64,000 nucleotides of DNA from NCBI RefSeq assembly GCF_009914755.1, contig NC_060937.1; one strand, 5' to 3'. The DNA comes from the human T2T-CHM13v2.0 reference genome, Homo sapiens. Position numbers and translations under genes: made by a program. The first letter of the stretch is position 1. Each line of letters starts with the position of its first letter. The notes beneath the pieces were generated by a model. It did no database searches, had not been told where the DNA came from, and saw nothing but the letters and a program-made list of their open reading frames with translations. Below, one piece after another: positions 35,718 through 48,229 of the stretch.

Positions 35718-37075
35718 ATAATACAGCATGGTCTGGTAGTTTGCAAAATGGTGTGCTTTTGGGGAGATACACTAGCAATTTTTTTAAAAACTGGAACAGT
35801 GTGATAGGAAGCCTGCTGGATGATTTCTTAAATATTCTAAAATGTAAGTCAAATATGTTTTAATAACAAAGACTTAAATGGCTTTTCTCCCTAGAGACTG
35901 AAACTAGTATTCATTGTGTTCAGAACTTAATTGGGCTTGAACTGAGATTTAAATCTAATAAACAAGTTAATAAATGTGTATGTTTTGTTGTGGGTTTGGT
36001 AGTGATCTGTGGTTCTATAGGGTTTAATAGGAATTGCTTTTGATTTGTTTCTGGCTTTAGAATGTGAGGCAAATTTTACATTCTTGGTTCTATTAAGATT
36101 TTCTTAGGCATGCTAACATGCCAACAAAAAGCCATGTAAGTATTGTATAAAAAGATTCACATTGTTAATTTAGCCATTTTGAAATTCAGATGAGTGAGCA
36201 AGTTGATAATGGCCTCATCTCTGACCTGAGAAAAAACAACTTTGACCCTTGTTCTTAAAATGCTTTAACCTTGAAGTTGCTTGAGACTTAAGAGGTCATG
36301 TTGCTTTAGGTTTAATAAATAGCCTTAACTATTTGGAGGGGAAAAAATGGGTCAACTTTTTTTTTTTTTTTTGGCGTTTGCATGTACAACTTTCTATTTT
36401 TAGCCTATATTTGGAAAGAAAGCACTTAACATTTTAGGAATTCTTTTTAAAGCTGCTTGCAAAGTGTTGGTGATTTTACTGAAAACTTTTGAGATCTTCA
36501 TTTTACAGGCAGACCTGTCTAACTACAAGCCAGACTTGGGTTTTCTCCTGTAGTTTGAAGACACACTGACTCCTGACAAAATGCAGCCTGCAACTTCCTG
36601 GAGAACAACTCAGTGTCACATTAAAGTTTATTATGTATTTAATGATACACTGTTTAATTGACAGTTTTGCATAGTTTGTCTAACTTTAGAGAATTAAGAG
36701 CCTCTCAACTGAGCAGTAAAGGTAAGGAGAGCTCAATCTGCACAGAGCCAGTTTTTAGTGTTTGATGGAAATAAGATCATCATGCCCACTTGAGACTTCA
36801 GATTATTCTTTAGCTTAGTGGTTGTATGAGTTACATCTTATTAAAGTCGAAATTAATGTAGTTTTCTGCCTTGATAACATTTCATATGTGGTATTAGTTT
36901 TAAAGGGTCATTAGGAAAATGCACATATTCCATGAATTTTAAGACCCATAGAAAAGTTGAAGAATGCTTAATTTTCTTATCCAGTAATGTAAACACAGAG
37001 ACAGAACATTGAGATGTGCCTAGTTCTGTATTTACAGTTTGGTCTGGCTGTTTGAGTTCTAGCGCATTTAATGTT

Positions 37076-37186
37076 AATAAATAAAATACTGCATTTTAAA
37101 GCTGTTAAGAAATTGTCCAGAACGAGAATATTGAAATAAAAACTTCAAGGTTATTATCGCAGTTTTTATGGCGTTTTTGTTTTGTC
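37076..37186 (+). terminator. Polyadenylation region of MIR17HG
   Basis: AATAAATAAA 37076-37085 and AATAAA 37135-37140, with a downstream GU/U-rich element GTTTTTATGGCGTTTTTGTTTTGT. Confidence 0.75.
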
Positions 37187-37838
37187 ACTACAGATGGTCT
37201 AAAGGTTACTTATTAATTAATTGGGGAAGTGGAGACAAGGACCAAAGTTTATCTGGATTTTCTTATTTAATCTTCATTACCTGTGAAATATGTATTTGTA
37301 TTCTTACTTTACATATGAGATCAGAAGTTCATTTTCAAGCAGAATGGAAAGGTGGTAAATGGACTCTGAATTAAAATATGTCAGTATTTTAAAAGGTTAT
37401 CTTCTGCCTAGTATTTTTATGGAATCTGACAAGTTCTCAGATCACACTTGTTTCCTTAAATCTTGGTAAGTCTGAAGCATTCTTCATTTTGTTTATATTA
37501 TACACGTTAGTAAGGTGGGAGTTCTTTTGTTTTTTGTGTTTTTTGGCCAGTTGATAACATGAAAGTTTAAGAGAGGAGGCCAAAGTATATAAAAAGTCTT
37601 AAACTCCTGCTTCTAATAAATGTCCAATATGTGTTGGCTCCTGGGTTGAGTGTTTATTAATGGGTCTGTACTAACTCTAAAACATTAAATAAGAATGGTA
37701 TGTTCTGACCAGCCCTCAAAGTTCAGCCATTTCTAAAAGTTCAAAAAATCATTGTAAATATTTTTTAAATGAGGTACGAGATTGTACCTGTCTATGGCCA
37801 GTAACACAAGAAATCTAGGCTCATGCAGAGTTTTAGCA

Positions 37839-38159
37839 TAGTTGACCCTCAGTATCAGTGGAGGGATTGGTAGGACCCTCAGTGCATACCAAATTCTTCA
37901 GGTGCTCAAGTCCCTTATGTAAAGTGGTGCAGTGTTTGCATGTAAATCTATACATGTCTTCTTGTATGCTTTAAGCTGTCTATATATTGCTTGAATAATC
38001 TGGTAAAATATCTTACATATTATTCATGTAGATTCAGTATAGTATTTGCGTGTGGCAAATTCAGGTTTGGCTTTTGGGGACTTCGTGAGATTTTTTTTCC
38101 TGAGTATTTTCAGTCTGTTTGTGGTTGGATGCAGGAACCACAGATACATAGGGCTAACT
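37839..38159 (+). mobile_element. MER2 (Tigger-type) DNA transposon
   Basis: AGTTGACCCTCAGTATC...GATACATAGGGCTAACT terminal inverted repeats; internal CTCAAGTCCCTTATGTAAAGTGG. Confidence 0.8.
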
Positions 38160-41100
38160 TAAGTAAGTGCCGACATAAATGCGTTAGTCATAGAGGTAAA
38201 TAACAAAGACCTGAGTTTGGTAGTAAGTTCCCCGAAATGAAATGTTAGTATACTCCTAAGTGATTAGTAATTAGATCTCAGGTTGAATATACTAAATCCT
38301 TAATAACTGCATGTTTACTTTTAAGACCTAGATTTGTCAGTATATTAGTAGAGGTGAGCATGTACTAATTGTTCACACTTGTTTATAAAAGCATATATAC
38401 TGTGAATTTTTAGTACGTTTAATGTTGACTTCAACTTACATAGACTGAAAAAGATTGAAAAAAAGCTTCGACGACATCAGTTCTGCACTTGTTGAGATGT
38501 ACTGATCCAGATGGAATACCACACTGTTCAGCAGGTTGGGGTAACTAGATGAGACTAGTGAATGTTCCAAGAGTAGATGAAAATTGGGGTCCTGTAAGGT
38601 GGTGCTAGGAATTCTAAAGTGATTATGCATTTACCAAGAAAAGGTTCTTAACCAGTTGTCTTAAAATTATTAAGACGTAAAGACCTGGAATCTTAATCTA
38701 GCTGCACTATATTAGAGTCTTTGGGGCAGGATGCTGCGCAGACAAGTATTTTGAGAAATACCTGTTGATTTTGCTGTATATACTTAAGGATATATCTACT
38801 ACCCTGAATTGTTGGAAATGCTGAGCCATAGGAATGCAGAAGAACATCAAAACACCTTAGAATTTATATGCAGGAAAGAGACCAGTAAACTATTTTTATG
38901 GTTCATGCAGTCATTACTCAGTTTTATAGCTGACTGACAAAATATGTGCCCCAACCCCACATTTATTTCTAAATCCACAGGCTTTTCCTTACTCTTCAAT
39001 TTCAGTAACTTCCCTTTTTCTTCTCCAATGATACTTTGTTTTGGTAACAGCACCTAACAGGCCAGGTGTGTAGTTGTCTTTGTGCTATACCTGTATTTCC
39101 TTGGTTGGCTACTGTCACAGTGGCCACCATCATTCTGAACAAGTAAGGTGCACAAGGTACAAGCCATGTCTTTAGACATAGGTTATCGTCAGCATTTAGA
39201 TTCTCCTCTAAGGCTTTCATCTAAAACTCCCTTGGTTTTGTGTTTAAAACTTAGTCCACAGTTTTCTAGTGTTACCCTCAGAATAATTGTCAAAATTGTA
39301 CTTTCTAATACTCAAGATTGCATCTAAATTTCAAGTTAGAAAAGATGTTTATGCCATATTCTGAGTGTCTTGTGTTTATAACCTATGATTCTGCCCTTGA
39401 CTGTACTTACGAATACTCCTTTTAAAATACGAAACTTGATTGAGACCCCAGCTCATTTACTGATGTCTTAATACAACTGCCTTTCCACTTAAGTGTTTTG
39501 GCTCCCCCAGTTCCTATCATTTATCCTCTCCAGGCAGACTTCCACTTCAGACTGCATTTGCTATTCCCTTAGTTTGGGAACTTCCCACTCCGGATACCTA
39601 TGACTTAGTCTTGTTTCCTTGTAGTCCTTGTACACAGATGTCAGACTGGCTCTCCCTTAAACTGCATACTCTGTTCCTGTTCTCTGCATCATCATCCTGA
39701 ATTAGTGGCATCACCTGGGATATTGGAAGTGCAGGTCCTTCCCACCCCCTTCCAAACCTGAATTGGGAGCTTCGTTTTTTAATCCCCCCAATTAATCTCT
39801 AAGATATAAGGCCTCCAAGGGCAAAGATTTGAAGATGTGTGGTTCATGGATGCTTATTCAACATCTAAAATGGTACCTGGTGTGTAGAAGGCACTGAATA
39901 GACTGAACAGGTAAGTGGAAATGCCCGTGGGTGAATGTTACTTCTAGGATGAGACGGTCTGAAAGAGAAAAGCAAAACAAGACTAGTATGGGGGCAAAGT
40001 GCATTATTGACGGTGTGGTAAAAAGTCATTAGAGCAACGTTGGTGGAGCAAGAAAACAGAGTAAGTAAAAAGGATTTGCTGTGTACAGTAATCCCAGCAA
40101 AAATGAAGGAAAGCCTAGAAGTGGGGGATCAAGAAAAAAACCAACTGATAGATGCTCCATTTGTGTGGATATGTAATGTTCATCTGTTGGAAGTAAATGT
40201 AAAACCCAGCTTCTAAATCTCAGAAAGCAACTGACAGCAGCAATAGGGTGAATGTGAAAGCACTGAACAAAGTAACAAAAGTGCTGAGAAGTTGTGCTTT
40301 GTGACAGATTAGTTTTCATGATGTTGCGTGGATGTGAGAAGGCTCTGCTAATAGGTATAGTCAGGTGTGTTTTTTTTTTCGGTTTGGTTTGTTCTCTGTA
40401 TTACTTTGAAATTTAGACTATCAAGTACCAGAATACTATAGTTTTCTAACTCAGGTTCACTCCCTGCAGAAGGTTCAGGAGTACAAGAAGCCCTGCACTG
40501 AATCGTGGTGCCTCAATTAAATTTTGAGTTGTCCTTTTGGCTTCCTGAGACAAAACAACGTGTTAAACCAGTTACTTCGAGTGTGTGACATGAGAAGATG
40601 GATGATGATAAAGAGAAGTTGAGAAAGGCACCTCAGATTAATTTTAGGAAACAAATGTAAACTAAACTTGAATTCTATTCTCTTTGAGTCATGTAATACT
40701 TGGCTAATCGGTTGAGAAGCTTAAAGAACTATTTAAGAAGTCTTACAGTGTAATGTTTAGGACGGAGAATTCTGGGTTCAAGTACCAGTTTCCTCCATTA
40801 ATAGCTTAGGCAACTTAAGTGTGTTGTCTTTCCCCAAAAATTGTAAGCTTAGGTAGGCTTTCCCATCTTGATCAAAAAGGTAGCTATCATGTTCACATCC
40901 AGCTGGAAAATAAACCTTTCCTCAACTTCAAAGTGAATTTTCAGCTCCACTCTGCCCACCTGAACTCGGTCTGAGGAACAAGATTACATTCAGGCTTGAG
41001 CTTTGTGTACCATCTCTGTTGACAGTACCACTGAAAGTCTGTTCCCTTCCTGAAGCACACAGGATACCTAGGCAGGTTGGTGGCATGGATAACTGAAAGA

Positions 41101-41424
41101 TGAGAATACAATATTAACATTTGGGGGCACATAGATTTTAGTGAGGGTAGAGATGGAAGAGAGGAAGGGAGAGGATTTTCATTAAGTTGATAACTTGAGC
41201 ACAAGTCTAAGGCAAACATTGTCAGGCCTCTGTTATTCAACCGCACTTGGCAAGGCTGATGCAGCTGCTGCTTATAGGTCTTGGCTAAAATATTACTTCC
41301 TCAAAGCCTTTTCTGACTGCCCTCCCCTATTCAGTTAATCTCTGCCATGTTTTATTCAAAGTACTTAACTACAATTTATAGTTATGTGTATTTGGATATT
41401 TTGTTATTTTGAATTCATTACATT

Positions 41425-42130
41425 ACTGCTTTTAACAAATTGCCACAAACTTTTTTTGTTGTTTGAGACAGTCTTGCTCTGTCACCCAGGCTGGAGTTCA
41501 GTGACCCAATCAGCTCACTGCAACCTCTGCCTCCTGGGTTCAAGCGATTCTCCTGCCTCAGCCTCCCCAGTAGCTGGGATTACAGATATGCTTGCACCAG
41601 CACGCCTGGCTAATTTTTGTATTTTTAGTAGAGATGGGGTTTCACCATGTTGGCCAGGCTGGTCTCAAACTCCTGACCTTGTGATCTGCCCACCTCGGGC
41701 TCCCAAAGGCCGCAAACTTTTAATGGCTTGAAATCTTACAGTTCTGTAGGTCAGGAGTCTTGACACAGGTCCCACTAGGTTACAATTAAGGTGTCAGCAG
41801 GGCTGTATTAGTCCCTAGAGTCTTTAGGGGAGGCAAGGTTTTTTTTTTTTATCTTTTCAAGCTTCTGAAGACTCTGCCTTTGGCTCACGGTCTCTTACTC
41901 CATCTTCATATCTAGCAGCAGCAGGTGGCGTCTGCATCACACTGGACCCCTCTTACCTCCCTCTTTCACTTTTAAGGACCCTTGTGATTAATATTGAGCC
42001 CATCCAAATATTTAGAAATAATTTATTTTAAGGTCAGCTCATTGGCAGTCTTAATTCCCCTTGTAACATTTCACATTTGCAGGTTCTAGGATTAGGACTT
42101 GGATATTGTTGGAGGTCATTCTGCCTGTCT
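41425..42130 (-). mobile_element. MLT1-type LTR interrupted by an Alu
   Basis: AACAAATTGCCACAAACT...TCTTACAGTTCTGTAGGTCAGGAGTC...TCACATTTGCAGGTTCTAGGATTAGGAC. Confidence 0.75.
41451..41708 (-). mobile_element. AluS (Sg/Sc-like), 5'-truncated
   Basis: Reverse Alu; TSD GCC(A/G)CAAACTTT. Confidence 0.9.
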
Positions 42131-45100
42131 TAGGGAATTGTGTTGGTTTTGGACATGGTTATAGTTCCAGGCATACATAACTGCTTAGAGTTGTTTTCAG
42201 ACAGCGTAAGTGAAATGAATGAGCTAAGGAAAATACTTAATCCAATAAAAAATAGAACATACTCGGGCTGTCTCAATGTTTTCCTACGGTATTTAAGTGC
42301 CAGTTTATGGAGGTTTTAAAGAAAAGATTTTCTCAGACGAGAAGAGCTTATAATATACTTCCTGCAAACATTCTAGAAAATGTAGGTCCTTATCAGTCAA
42401 CCTTCAGAATGGGGAAACCACAAAATAAGTGAAATTTTGTTAACCTATCTAAGTAAACATTAAAGAGTTGCTTTTAGAAATGACACAATGTAAAGAGACC
42501 ATCAGGGTCTAAAACCTCATTAGCCAGAACTGGAAAATGAGCTTTTAAATACAGGTAAAAAGTAAATAAGCAATTTATCCTCTACTTTGTTAGAGTACAG
42601 AAATAGTATTTCAAAGCAACCACTAGCAGAATAAAAGACTATACTTAACTTTGAAATCACCAGGAAAAAGGCTAGGAAAACAGCCCACAAAGCAAAAGAC
42701 AAAAAGGAGGAGACAGAAATAAGAACATTTTTAATTAAAATTAAGCACAGAAAAATTTTAAGTAGTTTGTATTCAAGTCAGTTTTACTTAAATTTTATAA
42801 CATGCAAGCCCTGGTTATTTTTAGTGATTGGAAATGTAGACAACTGGTGGTTTGCCCCTAGTCAATGGGAAGTCCTGGCCCTTGATACTCTGGCCCAGCA
42901 GTAAGAGCTTCTATTAAACCTCTGCTCCTTGAACAAGGAACAAATCTTACTTTGTATTCCCCAAAATGACTGCAAAGTAGGCATTCAATAGATAGCTGTT
43001 GAATGGATTGGAGATTTCTCCTAAACATCATGTTACAATTCAACTGTTCTTTGATGTACTGCAGTAGACATTTTCATGCCATTCTTAAATTTCTCAGTCT
43101 CCTGATGCCAAATTTTGTTTAGAGGTAGAGGCTGAAGGTTATGCTTGCTTTGGTGGAGAGTATAAAGACAATAGTATGTGTGTAGCGGGGAATGAGGCAG
43201 TGGATATAAAGAAAAGAAAAGGTTATTTGCACATCCATAAGTAATATGTAACGGTGGCAATGAATGGCTGGCTGGGGTGGGATAGTGGTTCTGGTCAGCT
43301 CCGGGAACTTTGTTGGTCGGTCATAGTGTGATAAAAGAGTTCAGAACAGATCTCAAATTAGGTTTTGTTTGTTTTTGTCTTTATAATTTAGGAAATTAGA
43401 AATGAGTCCTACCTCAGGACCGCAATCTGTCTTTTTCACTTTTTGGCTGTTATGTTCTTCACCAAATCACTCTTTGGGAAGTAAGCTGCAGAGTGAACTG
43501 ATGGATGTCTATGAAAATAAACATGCATGACCCTGTAACAAAGCATGTGTGTCCTCAAGAAGATTGCAGGTGATTTTCAGATGAGTCTCATGTCTGCACA
43601 GTGAGAATTCATAAAATGAAGTGTTAACCAATACTCAGAAAGTGAGTTCAGAGGGGGAAATAACTGCTGCAGTACTGTGTGTGCTTGATACACATTATGA
43701 CAGGTAGGTAATTAGAAGAGTCTTGTTACTGCATCTAGTTTAGCATACATAAATACAGTAATTAGGTTGTTTTTTTAAAAAAGCAATTTTGTCACAGAAC
43801 GATCCTTAGTATGACGAATCCAATATTTAATATTTTTTCCACCCCAAAATGGAATGTACAGTTTAGTACCAAGTGAAACCATTCAGTCTTGGTTGATTGA
43901 TATTACTATCAGAATAAATTATTGGTTTTTTTGTTTATATAGGAGTTGAGGCATTTCACTGCTGTAAAGTACTGTGCCTTCTTAAAATGATGATGGAATA
44001 TTGGAATATCAAAGACCCTAAACACATTTTATTCATTTTAAAGACATGTAATCCTGCTGATATTTAAAGTCTAATATTTTAATCATAGGTCTGTCTCCAA
44101 AAGGATGTCATCTAAAAGCAATTTTCATATTTTGTATAGGGTTATTGCTTTGTATTGATTTGGTTTATAAAAAAGGGACAACAATCCATTTAGCAGTCAT
44201 GTAATTCAATTTTAAATTATAGGTTTCTTAAAACACATCTGATTCTGGATAATGATAGGATCTAGAATATGGAAGTAGTGATGAGCCTTAAAATGAAAAA
44301 AGACTACTAATAAAGTGTTAAAGTTTGATAATTCAATGAGGTTACATTGCAGCAATTAAGCAGGCATGTTATATAATGCCTATTGTTGAGAATGAGTTAG
44401 CCATGACCTTTGCCCACTTTTAAAAAAATACAATGCTAAGCACAGAGCACATGCTACAAAGATGCTAAAGAAAATTATGAGATTAATGATTGGTTTTTAC
44501 ACATTAACCATGTTGTAACAGCCTAAGTGCTACTGACGCTGTTCTGTCTTAGACTCATCAAATAATTGGACCAAGTTTGAGGAAATCAATTTCTACTAAA
44601 TAGTTAACCATAAGGTATATTTGTATTAGCAAACAAAATGCTTTCAAAATGTTCCACTTTTGAAACTGTTTGAGTCTTTTATGTTGACTCAATGACTTTG
44701 TTTACAAAGGGAAACTGAAGTGGAGTTAAGCAATTATCTGGCAAATTTGATCACTGTACACAATCACAGGGAATACAACAAATAATATTTTAGAAAAGTT
44801 GTTTGATGACATCACAGCTTCACTCCATAGATCTTTAGTAGTTTTGGGGTTTTTATTTTTTGAGGAATTGTTGGAATTGCAATAATGCATGTTTGCTTGC
44901 TTCCATTTTTTCCCCTCCCCCCCATATTTGTATCTCTAAATAATATGTACATGGTTAAGAATTTAGTAATTATTAACCCTATCTATTCTTACAACACTTT
45001 AAGAATTTGTAGACCTATCTAGGTAGTCAGAATACATTTTGAGTTTCAGTTGAATGTTTTACATTCATATGGAAAACTCAGGGGCAAAAGTAATTATTTT

Positions 45101-46224
45101 AAATAATGGCATACTTTGAAACAGTTGCTCAAGGCCAAGTTATTTTCTAGCAGATTTATTAAGTTACTGCCCCGTAAACTTAACTGCCTATTTATTGGTC
45201 TATATTCATAACAGTGTCTCTTATTTCCTAGTCACCTCAAATTAAAAGGAATTTGTAAGGTACTTATCTTGAAGCCATATTAGTTTGAGCATTAAATGTC
45301 TTTCAAATATTTTTTAATCTCATGAATCCATGCCCAAAGAACAGTAAGGATGTGTATGTAGCAATATATTTTTAAATATTACCTGAAGATTTTCCCCAGA
45401 TACCTCCCTTTACCTCATGTCCTTTCTTCCATTTTTTCAGTTCTTATTCAGTCTCATAAAAGGAAGAAAAATAAGGAATTTGCTTGGCTTTTGGATTTCA
45501 ACTGTTTCCCTTACTGGAAAATGAAAAACATGTGCATAAACAATACAGTAAATTTAAATGATTGCATAAGGATCTCTATATGCCTGAAAGTCATGCTTGA
45601 AAAGGCCTCCAGTTTGAACAAGAGACAACATAGCAGTGACATTCATGGCCTGATGTCCAAAGACCAGCATAGAAAAAAAAAAGCCATTACCCTTGCCCTG
45701 AATATGTGGGCTGAAATTCATTGTAACTGTGTACAGGAGATTAGAGACAGAAGGCAATAAGAAAGCACTGGAAGTGCTTGGTCCAGAATCATTTAATAGT
45801 GTATGGATTAGAAAAGGAGGTGGTAGTTAGATGGGATTAAGAAACCGTGTTTGTTGCTAACAAGAACCCTAAATTCTGCCACAATACAGTGAGAGGAGAC
45901 CATGGTTTGATCCCTATTAACAGTAATAGTGGATACTGCTAAGAAAAACCCAGCTAATTATGCCGCCGCCTCCTCTGAATCACTGCTGTCCCTACTGGTT
46001 TAGTTCCTTAGCAGAAACAAAGTAGTAATAGACGAATAAATCTGCCCTGCTGCAGAAGTGCATTAGAGAACATGAAGGTAATTTTATTGGGTGAAAACCT
46101 GGAGAATGGTTTTTTTATAACCTTAAAAAATCTTATTGAGTGGCCTGAGTAATTTTGTTACGATTTACTCAGCCCTCCATCCTTCCTGTAGGACTTGTGA
46201 ATGTCCTTGTTAACTATTTAAAGA

Positions 46225-46447
46225 TGATAATGGTAGCTAACAATTTTGTCAAGCATTGAGTATTCATTTAATCCTAACTCCAGTCTGAGGTAATTGCTAT
46301 GATAATTATTCCCATTTTACAGATAAGGAAACTGAGGCAGAGAGAGATGTAGCGGACCAAGTTCACAAAGCTGATAAAACAGAGGAACCAGGATTTAAAT
46401 CTAGGTAGTTTGGCTCTAGCACAAGTTCTCTTAACTGCTGTATTGCC
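46225..46447 (-). mobile_element. MIR
   Basis: TTCATTTAATCCT...CCCATTTTACAGATAAGGAAACTGAGGC...CCAGGATTTAAATCTAGG. Confidence 0.85.
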
Positions 46448-47249
46448 TTTCAGTCCAGCTTATACATTTTGATAACTATGCTAACAAAATCCAAGGAAAT
46501 AGCAACAAAATATTAACATTAGTTATCACTGAACAGAAAAATTTGGAGTTTTAGTATTTTGAGTTTATACCTTTCCCAAATGTTATAGAATAATCGCATT
46601 CCTGTTACGATCAGAAAAAAATACTTTAAAATGAGCATAATTTTTATGAAAACTAGGGAGAGAATTACATAAAATATTCTCACAAGAAAGACTGGGAGAA
46701 ATACATGCAAAAAGGTCTGTTGCAGTGTTACCTGTGTAGTGAAATTTTCAGTCATTTTTTCTTCTGTACTTTATTTTTTGGTATTTGATTTTAAACCTGT
46801 AGTTTTTTTTTTAATGCTAAAAAATATACAATCATCTTTATATAATCACTGATTTCTGGAGAAATTATTTACCAAAATGATTCAGAAAACATGGAAACTG
46901 TTAAGTGAGTTACCAAAAAATATTTTAAGATGTAATTAAATGATTCTATCAAAGACATTAGGCCTAGAGAATCTGGGGTATTTAATTATTTTAAATTTCT
47001 GAAGTATGAGCCAATTCAAATGATGTTATATACTCTTGAAAAAGTAAAAACTTCCTAATGCATTTCCTTAAATTAGCATTAAAATCTGAGAAATAAGCAA
47101 AAATATAATGGTCATCTCACTTATTACAGATGCAAAAGAACTACATAAAAAATGCAAATAACAGAAATAATAGTAATAGTATATACTAAAATAGCTGTTG
47201 TCCCCACCGTGAGTTAACTCTGCTTTGCTAGTGTTAAGAAACTCAATTA

Positions 47250-48200
47250 AATAGAATGCAGAAATAATTGGCATAATTATTGCTAACATCCAAAAATATT
47301 GTCTTTGAAAACCCAAAGAATTATTAGAAAAATTAGTACTGATAGAGACCACAGTGAGGTAATTTAACACAAAAATTAAATGTAAAAACCAATGTTTTCC
47401 TTGATACTAACAAATATAAGTTGCTCAATAAAACAAAAAGACTGCAAAATATTAAGTTATAAAGCACCTAGAAGAAAATCTTGAGACATATGCAGAGTGA
47501 AAGGTAAAAAATTTATACTTCACTTTTTCATAAACTTTTAATGAAATTCAAAAAAGGTGCATAAATAGAGTTTATGCATTCTAGCCAGGTTTTTTTGTGT
47601 GTGTGAGAAAACAGTACTATGTCAGCCTTCCCATACTATGTTATTCTGCTAACATTGCTACAATAAAAAGTCAGTGGAATTTACTTTTGGTCTTGGAAAA
47701 AAATAATTCTAGTATCTCTCTGGAAGAACAAACAGGTGAGAAGATGAGTAGATGTTAAATAACATAAGGACTAGACTAGCTATTGAATGTTTTCTGAAGC
47801 TACACTAATAAAATGGAATGCCCTGGCAATAATCAAGATAAATCAATGGGACAAAATGAATAGGCCTCAAACAGCCATCATTGTATATTGAGCCCCAAAA
47901 TAATTTAAAAATACCAGAACCAAAATTAAAATACACTAACGAAAATGTGAAGTAAATGTGAGAAGTAGCATTATTAATTTTAATACATAAAGCCATCATA
48001 ATAAAAATCAACGTTCTCTTAAGTGAACAGGCAAAACAGGTGTGGATATACAAGGAAAATGAAACACAGATGGCAGATACAGAGTGCGTTGGTTGAAAAT
48101 GGCAGAATTAGTGTCAGATAAAATGTTGAGGCATACTTATATGACCAGATACCTAGCGGTTATTACTCGTTGGTAGAGGGAACATGTTTTGAAAATTCTT
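47250..48200 (+). mobile_element. Highly degenerate L1M fragments
   Basis: A-rich strand with L1 ORF2-like remnants (GAAAACCCAAAGAAT...TTAGAA; CACCTAGAAGAAAATCTT; TGGCAATAATCAAGATAAATCAATGG). Confidence 0.5.
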
Positions 48201-48229
48201 CAATATATACTACTACATTTTCTATATGT

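Larger units (their letters stand above)
30261..37155 (+). ncRNA. MIR17HG: miR-17~92 cluster host gene (pri-miRNA / lncRNA). Inferred exons ~30261-30533, 32274-32346, 32732-32802 and 36509-~37155, plus a long isoform retaining 32274-~37155
   Basis: Contains six exact miR-17~92 hairpins downstream of a CpG-island promoter. Donors: CTG|GTGAGT 30533/4, TGG|GTAAGT 32346/7, AAG|GTACAC 32802/3. Acceptors: polyY-CAG 32273, CAAG 32731, TTTTACAG 36508. AATAAA at 37135-37140 followed by a GU/U-rich tract. Summed exon sizes (~0.9-1.1 kb spliced, ~5 kb retained) fit the two isoforms recalled from the literature; the ends are approximate. Confidence 0.93.

Noticed and set aside
35403-41708. Inverted Alu pair (+ at 35403, - at 41451) as a dsRNA source
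   Set aside because: The copies are ~5.7 kb apart and separated by the poly(A) site; this would matter only in read-through transcripts, for which the sequence gives no evidence.
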